Translations under genes and position numbers: made by a program
IMG/VR virus record: IMGVR_UViG_2576861478_000002
From: a virus
Lineage: Duplodnaviria; Heunggongvirae; Uroviricota; Caudoviricetes
Length of the DNA stretch: 64,000 nucleotides
Reading direction: 5' to 3' (one strand)
Shown here: positions 56,632-64,000 of the stretch, piece after piece
Position numbering within the stretch: the stretch's first letter is position 1
Layout: each line of letters opens with the position of its first letter
The notes under the pieces: generated by a model
Told to the model about the DNA's origin: nothing
Databases searched by the model: none
The model's input: the letters and a program-made list of their open reading frames with translations, nothing else

Positions 56632-57030
56632 ATGGAAATAAAAGTGAATGAGCAAGCTCAACGTTTTTATCTAGCATTTGATGAATGGGTACCTGCAGTT
56701 GGTCATGAAATTAAAGTGGGAAAATATCGTTTTTGTGCTATTCCATTAAGTAAATCTATTAATATTTCAGAAGTAACATCTGGTGTACATGCTATGAGCA
56801 TTCCGATTGATTTTAGGATTTGGATGGCAACAAGTACTAAGGAAGATACAATGAGGTTTTTAGAAAAAGCAGGTGAAGGTTTAAAGCGAATCCTTAAAAG
56901 ACAAAGTAATTTAGATGAATTACTTAAAAAAAATAAAAAGATAGCATTTGATCGTTTGGGAGAAATGCCACCAATTGAAGATGTTGATACGGATTGGATA
57001 ACTGCTGAGATTAGTGATGTGACTCATTAA
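56632..57030 (+). CDS. hypothetical protein
   Basis: ATG after TTGGAGGGAAACGGA. Confidence 0.4.
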   Translation: MEIKVNEQAQRFYLAFDEWVPAVGHEIKVGKYRFCAIPLSKSINISEVTSGVHAMSIPIDFRIWMATSTKEDTMRFLEKAGEGLKRILKRQSNLDELLKKNKKIAFDRLGEMPPIEDVDTDWITAEISDVTH

Positions 57031-57316
57031 GTAATACAAAATCTTTATTTGAGAGGGGAACGAAATCGTGAAATATGATAAACAAGAATGTCCGAAATGT
57101 AGCAAGCCAGTTAAAACTTTATATAGACCATCAATGAGTCATAAAGGCCCAAATCTTTGCTATTGGTGTAATAAGAAACGTGTTAAAGAAGAAAAAGCAA
57201 TGAGCGCACAAAAATAATACAAAATCTCTATTTGAAAAACGAACAAAAAGCACTACTGGATCCAGTGATAGTTCGTGATTTAATACAAAATCGTTATTTG
57301 AAAGGAAGAATGAGGG

Positions 57317-57535
57317 ATGGATTTACAAAAGTTGCAAGAACTGAATGATCTTAGACTCACAATAGAAATGTACAACGATTTAATGGATAAATACGATGAT
57401 GAAGATTTCGTTTTAGAAAACTTAGATAACATTTTAAATGTTTTTCATTCAGTGCCACGTCTGGTTGAAGAAATTACATTATTACGGGAAGAGAATCAGC
57501 AATTGCAGTATGAGTTAAAAGAAGAAAGAATTTGA
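57317..57535 (+). CDS. hypothetical coiled-coil protein
   Basis: ORF with RBS. Confidence 0.35.
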   Translation: MDLQKLQELNDLRLTIEMYNDLMDKYDDEDFVLENLDNILNVFHSVPRLVEEITLLREENQQLQYELKEERI

Positions 57536-57570
57536 ACAAAAACGCTATTTTAGTATAAAATATTTAAAAA

Positions 57571-57605
57571 GAAGGACCCACATTAAGGGGGTGGGTCCTT
57601 TTAAC
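57571..57605. terminator. bidirectional terminator
   Basis: GGACCCAC..GTGGGTCC stem followed by TTTT. Confidence 0.5.
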
Positions 57606-57715
57606 AAAGCTAAGCATATAGAGATTAACTATATATTACTAAAAACGGATTGGGATTTCTATGTGTTAATTGTTGAGAAATAATTAATAAAAATTTCATT
57701 TTGTAGAAAAGGAGA

Positions 57716-57904
57716 ATGGATATGGTCATAGATCCACCAGAACCATACAAGCATAAAAATGGCACGGTTGTTCATTTAATGGAGGTTAATCCGAATGATT
57801 GGTACTGTTGGGCTAAATTTCCCGACGGTTACATCAAACCGGTATCAGAAGATGTTTTCTTTAGAGATTTTGAACCATTAAAAAGAGCAGCTAGCAAAAG
57901 CTAA
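57716..57904 (+). CDS. hypothetical protein
   Basis: AAAAGGAGAATGG RBS. Confidence 0.35.
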   Translation: MDMVIDPPEPYKHKNGTVVHLMEVNPNDWYCWAKFPDGYIKPVSEDVFFRDFEPLKRAASKS

Positions 57905-58154
57905 CTGTTCGGCTGGTTCTCCAAGGGGGAACAAGGAGAAAGTAACTTAATGGGTTGTCTACAGTATTGACGGAATATTGAGTTTTATTCAAGGGAGGAA
58001 GAAGAAATGAGTAAAGAACAAATATTAAAAAAAGAAATAATTAAATGGGTGAAAACTATGAATAGTGATGACCCAGAACAATTTAATTCATGTGTAATGG
58101 AATTGGAAGATATGTTGTTAGGATATATTGAGAAAAATATGGAGGTAGAGGGAA

Positions 58155-58358
58155 ATGAGAGCAAGATATTTTGAGTATATGGTTTCTTATACTTTTGGAA
58201 GTTATAAAGGAAACGGAAATGGGAGCATAATTTTAAAGTTTAATAGAAGGATAAATGGGCGCATGTTAAAAAAAGCAAAAGATCACATAGAAATGAACAA
58301 TAAATTTCAAAACGTTGTTATACAAAATTATAAATTATTAAGGGAATGTAGAAGTTAA
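58155..58358 (+). CDS. hypothetical protein
   Basis: GAGGTAGAGGGAA RBS. Confidence 0.35.
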   Translation: MRARYFEYMVSYTFGSYKGNGNGSIILKFNRRINGRMLKKAKDHIEMNNKFQNVVIQNYKLLRECRS

Positions 58359-58402
58359 AACCAAACAAAATAATCCTTTGAATAGAAAGTGAGGTTGGGA
58401 AA

Positions 58403-58684
58403 ATGGGAATGAGTGTAGAAGGTGTGAAATTCTATTTAGAAACACCCGATGGAGAAAGCGTGGAAATAAAGGGTGGTGTTGATTGGGCGGATACTTCTCC
58501 TGGTGAAACAGGTAATTATGATTTTGACTTTACTAAAGAAATAAGTGTGCCGTGCACTTTTGAAGAACCGCAAAATATAAAAGATCTGCAAGATATAGGT
58601 TTTACACCACCACAAGCATGGAATATTCATTTGCACAAAGGTGAGAGTTGGAAAGAAAACTCAAAAGCAAGTCTTTTAAAGTAA
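58403..58684 (+). CDS. hypothetical protein
   Basis: AGTGAGGTTGGG RBS. Confidence 0.4.
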   Translation: MGMSVEGVKFYLETPDGESVEIKGGVDWADTSPGETGNYDFDFTKEISVPCTFEEPQNIKDLQDIGFTPPQAWNIHLHKGESWKENSKASLLK

Positions 58685-58799
58685 ATTAAAAATCAATATT
58701 GTCCGGCTAGAAAACTAGAGGACACCAATTCACTAAAGCAGCAATTAAAGCTGTTTTAGGAATAGGTGTCCTGTTTATTTTGAAAAGGGAGAGGGGGAA

Positions 58800-59144
58800 A
58801 TGAAGGTGTTAAAGGATCAGCTGCGTGAATGGAAAAAGCAATCGAATCAAGCAAAGAAGAAAAAGAAGAAAAAACGAAAAGAGAAATTAAGTACTCGTGA
58901 AATTGAGGATTTAATGGGGATGCATAGACCTTGCTATGAACGAAGACGTGGAGCAATAAGACAAAGAGATATTATTTATAAACGTTATTTAGAAGAAGAG
59001 GACGTATGTGATTACATGGTTTATAACGAAATAGGGATGTCAGAGCGTACTTATCGCCGTTGGAAATCTAAAGCATTTTATAAGCTTGCTTTTGCACTTG
59101 GATTAGAAGTTTATGAGACAGAAGAGACTGGAGGTAATGAATAA
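58800..59144 (+). CDS. ArpU-like late transcription regulator
   Basis: C-terminal HTH MSERTYRRWKSKAFYKLAFAL; Lys/Arg-rich linker. Confidence 0.55.
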   Translation: MKVLKDQLREWKKQSNQAKKKKKKKRKEKLSTREIEDLMGMHRPCYERRRGAIRQRDIIYKRYLEEEDVCDYMVYNEIGMSERTYRRWKSKAFYKLAFALGLEVYETEETGGNE

Positions 59145-59686
59145 TGAATTTTGTTCAGCCGATACGTGATCCAGAAGAAATACAGCAGCTAAAAGAATAT
59201 TTTAAAGAAAAGAGCTTACGTAATTACATTCTCTTCATTATGGGAATCAATACAGGCCTGAGAATCTCAGACATTTTGAAATTGAAGGTTGGAGATGTCA
59301 AAGGTAGTCATATATCTATGAGAGAAAAGAAAACAGGGAAACAGAAACGAATACAAATTACTGCAGCACTGAAAAGAGAACTTAAATGGTTTATTGAAGA
59401 AAGAGAAGATAATGAGTATTTATTACAAAGTAGACAAGGGAAGAATCGTCCTATCGGGCGTAGCATGGCATATAAGATATTAAGTGGAGCAGCGGCAGAG
59501 TTTGGATTAGATGAAATAGGAACACATACACTGAGAAAGACGTATGGGTATCATATGTACATGCAAACAAAAAACATAGCATTACTCATGGAGATATTCA
59601 ATCATTCGTCAGAGAAGGTCACGTTACGTTATATAGGCGTAAACCAAGATGCAATGGATAAAGCAATGACTAGGTTTAAAATCTAA
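59144..59686 (+). CDS. tyrosine recombinase, catalytic domain only (180 aa)
   Basis: GLRISD (R), HTLRKT (HxxR), LRYIG (Y). No N-terminal core-binding domain. ATGA-coupled to the upstream regulator. Confidence 0.75.
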   Translation: MNFVQPIRDPEEIQQLKEYFKEKSLRNYILFIMGINTGLRISDILKLKVGDVKGSHISMREKKTGKQKRIQITAALKRELKWFIEEREDNEYLLQSRQGKNRPIGRSMAYKILSGAAAEFGLDEIGTHTLRKTYGYHMYMQTKNIALLMEIFNHSSEKVTLRYIGVNQDAMDKAMTRFKI

Positions 59687-60118
59687 GCATTGCTTTTTCT
59701 TTTTAAATCTATACAGTTACTCATAAATTTCGTACTGTGTAACTCAAAAGGGAAAGTTTAATTAAGTCAATAATATCAAGGGATTTGGCGAAGGGGTCAG
59801 TTACACACAATACAAGATATGGGTAACTCATTGGAGAAAGAACAGGGGAGATAAGCGGTTGCCAAAAACCACTGATTTGGGCAAAACAGTTGCAAAGAAT
59901 AAGTGAGGATATTGATAAGAAAAAATAAGTGGCAGAGTCGTGACCGCTTTTTGGCAGGATATGTACCGGTTGTTTTGGAAATACCGTGTTATATTTGTAT
60001 TGTGAGAAGTGGCGGAAAACACAACTCACTATGTTGTTTCTAAATTTCTAAACGATTCGTAATGATGGCACATAAAATCCGAAACCAGCAGATGGTACTG
60101 ATTAAGCGATACCGTTAT

Positions 60119-60236
60119 TAAGGAGAGCTTTTGCTCTTCTTTGAGCTAACAACATCCTAGGTAGACGGAATGAGGAGACCTGATAAGTCGGACAAGAGTT
60201 TCTGTCGTGGTTGTTAGTTGAGAGAAGAATAAAACT
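60119..60236 (+). other. conserved hairpin/mini-ORF element, copy B
   Basis: Shares its 29-mer and 12-mer with 25351..25421. Long complementary arms GCTCTTCTTTGAGCTAACAAC / GTTGTTAGTTGAGAGAAGAA. Mini-ORF MLFFELTTS. Confidence 0.3.
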
Positions 60237-60322
60237 TCATTTACCGTATGCGAATTTATTGTAAATAATAACGTTCTCTATACATTTGAAATTATATATC
60301 GATAAAAGGATGTTGTGTTTAT

Positions 60323-60622
60323 TTGTCGAAATATAGAATGATGGGAAGGGGGTGTGTAAGTATGGCTAGAACATTACATACAAAAGTTATTATGGACAGT
60401 GGTAAAGAATATGACCTTGATGTTCATCCAGAAGACTTTATGAGTCGTATCTCAAATGAAAAAGGGGAATTGTATAAGGGATTTGTTCATTTTTTTAACC
60501 TTTCAATAAATCCTCTACATGTATCTTCAATTGAGACCGTAGAAGTGAAAGTTGATGGAAGTTCAGGAGTTACTGCAAAGTATGTGCTTGAACCATTTGT
60601 TACAGGGATTAAAAGAGATTAG
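60323..60622 (+). CDS. hypothetical protein
   Basis: ORF with a GGGAAGGGGG RBS. Confidence 0.4.
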   Translation: MSKYRMMGRGCVSMARTLHTKVIMDSGKEYDLDVHPEDFMSRISNEKGELYKGFVHFFNLSINPLHVSSIETVEVKVDGSSGVTAKYVLEPFVTGIKRD

Positions 60623-60763
60623 GGAATAGTTAATATCTGAACAGTCGCTATCGATATAGATAGCGGCTTTTTATTTTGGAGGAGGATGAAGGGTGGATAA
60701 ACATTACGTAGAGCGGAATCTATAGATTCTATTAAATGTCGAGCAATTAAGGAGTGAGGATAG

Positions 60764-61168
60764 ATGTGTAATGTTTCTAGATGTTGTTTAGCTTGTGACT
60801 ATCAAATTAAAACTTATCAAGCGCCAGAAGATGAATATCAAGAAGTAACTGTTTGTCCGAAATGTAATGGTGCGTTTGTAGATATGTTTAAGTTAGAGAA
60901 GTACAAACAATCTAACGAGACTGTAGAACCTTTATTAACAATTACATTAACAGATATAGATGCTAAACCTATAGTTCATTACAAAGGTAAACAGATAGAT
61001 AGAAAGTTACGTGTTGCATTTGATTGGGAATCACAATCGATTGATAGGATTAATCGGACATACATTCATATTGAACATGTACCAGCTGATAATAAGCAAT
61101 TCAATACTGAAGTTATTCAGCACAATCATCCTATTGTGGAAGACCAAGTGGAGCTTTATCGGTTATGA
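60764..61168 (+). CDS. hypothetical zinc-ribbon protein
   Basis: CCLACDY..CPKCNG. Confidence 0.4.
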   Translation: MCNVSRCCLACDYQIKTYQAPEDEYQEVTVCPKCNGAFVDMFKLEKYKQSNETVEPLLTITLTDIDAKPIVHYKGKQIDRKLRVAFDWESQSIDRINRTYIHIEHVPADNKQFNTEVIQHNHPIVEDQVELYRL

Positions 61169-61500
61169 AAGAATACAAAACCAAACAACAGAAGCGTAAG
61201 TTCTATGACAGGGGTGAGTGGAAGAGTATACGAGAGCAAGTAAAGAAGAGAGACAACTATGAGTGCCAAGAGTGTAAACGTAACGGTCGAGTACAAACAG
61301 ATACCAATGAGTACAGTGAGAGTGCAAAGCGTAAGAAGATACAGCTCGTCGTCCATCATAAAAAAGAACTAGAACATCATCCAGAACTCGCATTGGAAAT
61401 AGACAATCTTGAAACAGTCTGTGTGGATTGCCATAATAAAGAACACGGTAGAACATTCGAAAAGAAACCGAATAAATGGGAAAACGATGAAAAGTGGTAA
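61165..61500 (+). CDS. HNH endonuclease (terminase-associated)
   Basis: CQECKRNG...HHKKELEHH...CVDCHNKEH. Confidence 0.85.
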   Translation: MKEYKTKQQKRKFYDRGEWKSIREQVKKRDNYECQECKRNGRVQTDTNEYSESAKRKKIQLVVHHKKELEHHPELALEIDNLETVCVDCHNKEHGRTFEKKPNKWENDEKW

Positions 61501-61516
61501 AACTGATTCAGAAACA

Positions 61517-61575
61517 ATCCCCCCCTTAAAATATTTCAATCTTTTTCGGGGAACGAGGCACCGGGGAGGGGGTCG
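61517..61575. other. candidate cos region (C7 run + CGGGGAACGAGGCACCGGGGAGGGGGTCG)
   Basis: Same architecture as the other two elements. Confidence 0.3.
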
Positions 61576-61650
61576 ATTTTTCAAATTTAGAACCAAATTC
61601 GCGCGTTATATTAAATTGGAAAACGATGTAAATCAGAAGGGAGGGATATT

Positions 61651-61986
61651 GTGGCTAGAGGGAAGCGTGAAACAATGAGAAAAAGGATTGAAAAGGATCT
61701 AACAAATCAATTAAAAGAAAAAAAGATTGTAGGTAATCATTATACTGACTTAATTCAAGACTATTTATCGTTGTGGGATTTAAAGTGTGTTCTTGTTGAT
61801 GATATTGAAGAAACAGGAATAAAAGTATCTGGCATGCATGGTCCGAAATCCAATCCTTCTATTAATGATTTACATAAAACAAATGATCGAATGATAAAGA
61901 TTTTAGATGCACTTGGATTAGAAGCATCGGCAGAAGAAAAGAAAGTTCCTTCAAAACCTGTGCGCTCAGTTAAAGATTTAACATGA
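61651..61986 (+). CDS. terminase small subunit (P27 family)
   Basis: Family pattern. Confidence 0.75.
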   Translation: MARGKRETMRKRIEKDLTNQLKEKKIVGNHYTDLIQDYLSLWDLKCVLVDDIEETGIKVSGMHGPKSNPSINDLHKTNDRMIKILDALGLEASAEEKKVPSKPVRSVKDLT

Positions 61987-63641
61987 TTCAAAATAATTAT
62001 GTCACTGAATATATTGAGATGTATCGCGCAGGGAAAATTAAGCTGAATAAAGAGCGCATAATGCTAATTGAGTACCTGGAGAAATACATTTTAATACGCG
62101 ATGATTTGTATTTCGATAATGAAATGCATGAGGACTATATAAAATTCACTGAGAAATGGTACTTTGAATTGCAAGCATTTCAAAAGTTCCTAACAGCATT
62201 CGTTTTTCTTTTCTATAAAGAAGATGATTCTGTTTTTTACGAGCAATTTTTAATTATGATGGCTCGTGGTGGTGGTAAAAACGGTTTAATTTCATCATTA
62301 TGCCATTTCTTTATTAGTCCGCTGCACGGAATAGATCGATACAATGTTTCAATTGTGGCGAACAACGAGAAACAGGCCAAAGTTTCTTTTCGTGAAGTCT
62401 ATGATGCTATTAAAGGAAAAGAAATACTAGAAGATATGTTTTATCGAACCAAGGTAGAGATACTGAGTAACGATACGCAAAGCATTATTCAATATCATAC
62501 ATCTAATGCTGGTTCTAAGGATGGACTTCGTGACGGTTGTGTTATTTACGATGAAATACATCGATATGAAAACTTTGATGTAGTAAATGTATTCTCTAGT
62601 GGACTTGGAAAAGTGCCAAATGCTAGAGAATTTTTTATTGGTACAGATGGCTTTGTCCGCGATGGATTCCTGGACAAAACAAAAGAGCGGGCGATGAATA
62701 TTCTAAAGGGGAAAGATTTAGAAGATCCATTATTCCCTTTCATTTGCAAGATAGATAATCCAGAAGAAATTGATAATCCTGATGTATGGGAAAAAGCGAA
62801 TCCGATGTTTAGCGAGCCGAGAAGTTCTTATGCTAAACAATTATTTAAAAAGGTATTAACTCAATATAAACAATTAGAAAATAATCCTTCAAACCGTGAA
62901 GAATTCATAACAAAACGTATGAATTATCCTGAAACAGATTTAACAAAGTCTGTAGCTTCATGGGAAGAAATCATGCGTACTGGTTTTGAAGAAGATGGGG
63001 AAACGCTCAGAGAGGTTCCAGATTTAAAACATAAAGTAGCTGTAGGCGGACTCGACTTCGCCAGCATTAAAGACTTTGCTGCGGTTGGTCTACTCTTTAA
63101 ACATGGTGAAGATTATATATGGAAAGGTCATTCATTTGTACGTAAAGGATTTTTGGACAAGGTGAAATTAAAAGCACCTATATATGAATGGGCTGAAAAT
63201 GGCTTACTAACTATTGTGGATGAACCAGTTATTAATATCTCTCACATTGTAGATTGGTTTGTAAAAATGCGTGAGTTATACGGTGTTAATACGATTGTAG
63301 CCGATACATTCCGCCTTGATCTTGTCAAAACGGCACTTGAAGCTGAAGGATTTATATTGTTGTATATCCGTAATCCAAAGGCAATACATTCTCTTTTAGC
63401 ACCAAGAGTTGAAACGTTGTTTGCAAACAATCGCATTATTTTTGGAGATAATCCATTGATGCGTTGGTACACTAACAACGTCTACGTCCACATCAAAAAA
63501 GACGGCAACAAAGAGTATCTGAAAAAAGATGAATTTAAGCGTAAAACAGATGGATTTCAAGCTTTTATTCATGCGCTATGGCAAGCGGATAACATTCTTG
63601 TGGATGAATTCGACTTTATGCTAGATGGTATTAAATTCTAA
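61983..63641 (+). CDS. terminase large subunit
   Basis: Paralog of the other two terL genes. Confidence 0.9.
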   Translation: MIQNNYVTEYIEMYRAGKIKLNKERIMLIEYLEKYILIRDDLYFDNEMHEDYIKFTEKWYFELQAFQKFLTAFVFLFYKEDDSVFYEQFLIMMARGGGKNGLISSLCHFFISPLHGIDRYNVSIVANNEKQAKVSFREVYDAIKGKEILEDMFYRTKVEILSNDTQSIIQYHTSNAGSKDGLRDGCVIYDEIHRYENFDVVNVFSSGLGKVPNAREFFIGTDGFVRDGFLDKTKERAMNILKGKDLEDPLFPFICKIDNPEEIDNPDVWEKANPMFSEPRSSYAKQLFKKVLTQYKQLENNPSNREEFITKRMNYPETDLTKSVASWEEIMRTGFEEDGETLREVPDLKHKVAVGGLDFASIKDFAAVGLLFKHGEDYIWKGHSFVRKGFLDKVKLKAPIYEWAENGLLTIVDEPVINISHIVDWFVKMRELYGVNTIVADTFRLDLVKTALEAEGFILLYIRNPKAIHSLLAPRVETLFANNRIIFGDNPLMRWYTNNVYVHIKKDGNKEYLKKDEFKRKTDGFQAFIHALWQADNILVDEFDFMLDGIKF

Positions 63642-63658
63642 TAAAGGGGGTGATAATC

Positions 63659-64000
63659 ATTGGATGGCTAGATGCAGTATTTAAAAGAAATAGTGAAGTA
63701 GGATTTATGTTTGATGTGGAAATGTTTATTGAGAAAGCCAATAGAGTACACATGAAGCGACTGGCGATTGATACCTGTATATCCTTTTTAGGGAGAACAA
63801 TTAGTCAGTCAGAATTTAGAGTGAAAAATGGTGAAGAATTTGAAAAGGATGAGCTTTACTATCGATTAAATGTCAGACCGAATAAGAATATGACAGCAAG
63901 TACCTTTTGGGAGAGTTTCATTTACAAACTTATTTATGATAATGAAGCTTTGATTATACAAGCGGATGATGGTGATTTACTTATTGCTGATGACTTTGAA
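63659..64000 (+). CDS. phage portal protein, 5' part (apparent ATT start)
   Basis: MGWLDAVFKRN aligns with MGLFNKIFGRK of the prophage-2 portal. The NVRPN.NMTA block is conserved. AAAGGGGG RBS lies 8 nt before the ATT. Runs off the window. Confidence 0.65.
   Translation, partial: MGWLDAVFKRNSEVGFMFDVEMFIEKANRVHMKRLAIDTCISFLGRTISQSEFRVKNGEEFEKDELYYRLNVRPNKNMTASTFWESFIYKLIYDNEALIIQADDGDLLIADDFE

Larger units (their letters stand above)
50560..64000. mobile_element. second prophage genome (partial in window) lacking an adjacent lysogeny module
   Basis: Ant remnant, DnaD/DnaC-like replication genes, ArpU-like regulator, HNH-TerS-TerL-portal, all on the + strand. Confidence 0.6.

Overview
This is Bacillus cereus-group chromosome around guaA (GMP synthase, 12023..13570), which carries an intact upstream guanine riboswitch. 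Mobile DNA flanks guaA on both sides, and three HK97-type packaging and head modules lie in this one 64 kb window.

(1) 1..~11.4 kb is a compact tail-less, lysis-less element. It encodes a repressor, an excisionase-like protein, a prim-pol/NTPase replication protein with a downstream iteron cluster, then portal, prohead protease, major capsid, gp6-like connector, HNH, TerS, TerL and head-closure genes. I read it as a capsid-forming PICI-like phage satellite; its integrase would lie left of the window.

(2) 13.6..49.6 kb is a complete siphovirus-like prophage with its integrase abutting the guaA 3' end. Left to right it carries Int, ImmA/ImmR, Cro, Ant, a replisome organizer with internal iterons, morons (an SPFH protein, RecU, a hicAB pair the ORF track missed), an ArpU-like late regulator, HNH-TerS-TerL-portal-protease-capsid, tail genes (frameshifted chaperone, tape measure, Dit, Tal, RBP), XhlA, a class IIC group II intron (RT/maturase) inserted just behind the xhlA terminator, holin, and an amidase/SH3b endolysin.

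(3) 50.7..64 kb is a second phage genome with no lysogeny module in the window. It has a 5'-truncated near-duplicate of the Ant gene, DnaD/DnaC-like replication genes, many small ORFs, an ArpU-like regulator translationally coupled to a catalytic-domain-only tyrosine recombinase, HNH-TerS-TerL, and the start of a portal gene.

Other noteworthy points are a GC-rich cos-like motif shared upstream of all three terS genes, a conserved hairpin/mini-ORF element (MLFFEL...) present in both prophages, and two genes (hicA, the prophage-3 portal) that appear to start at ATT. All calls are by eye from the sequence; no searches were run.
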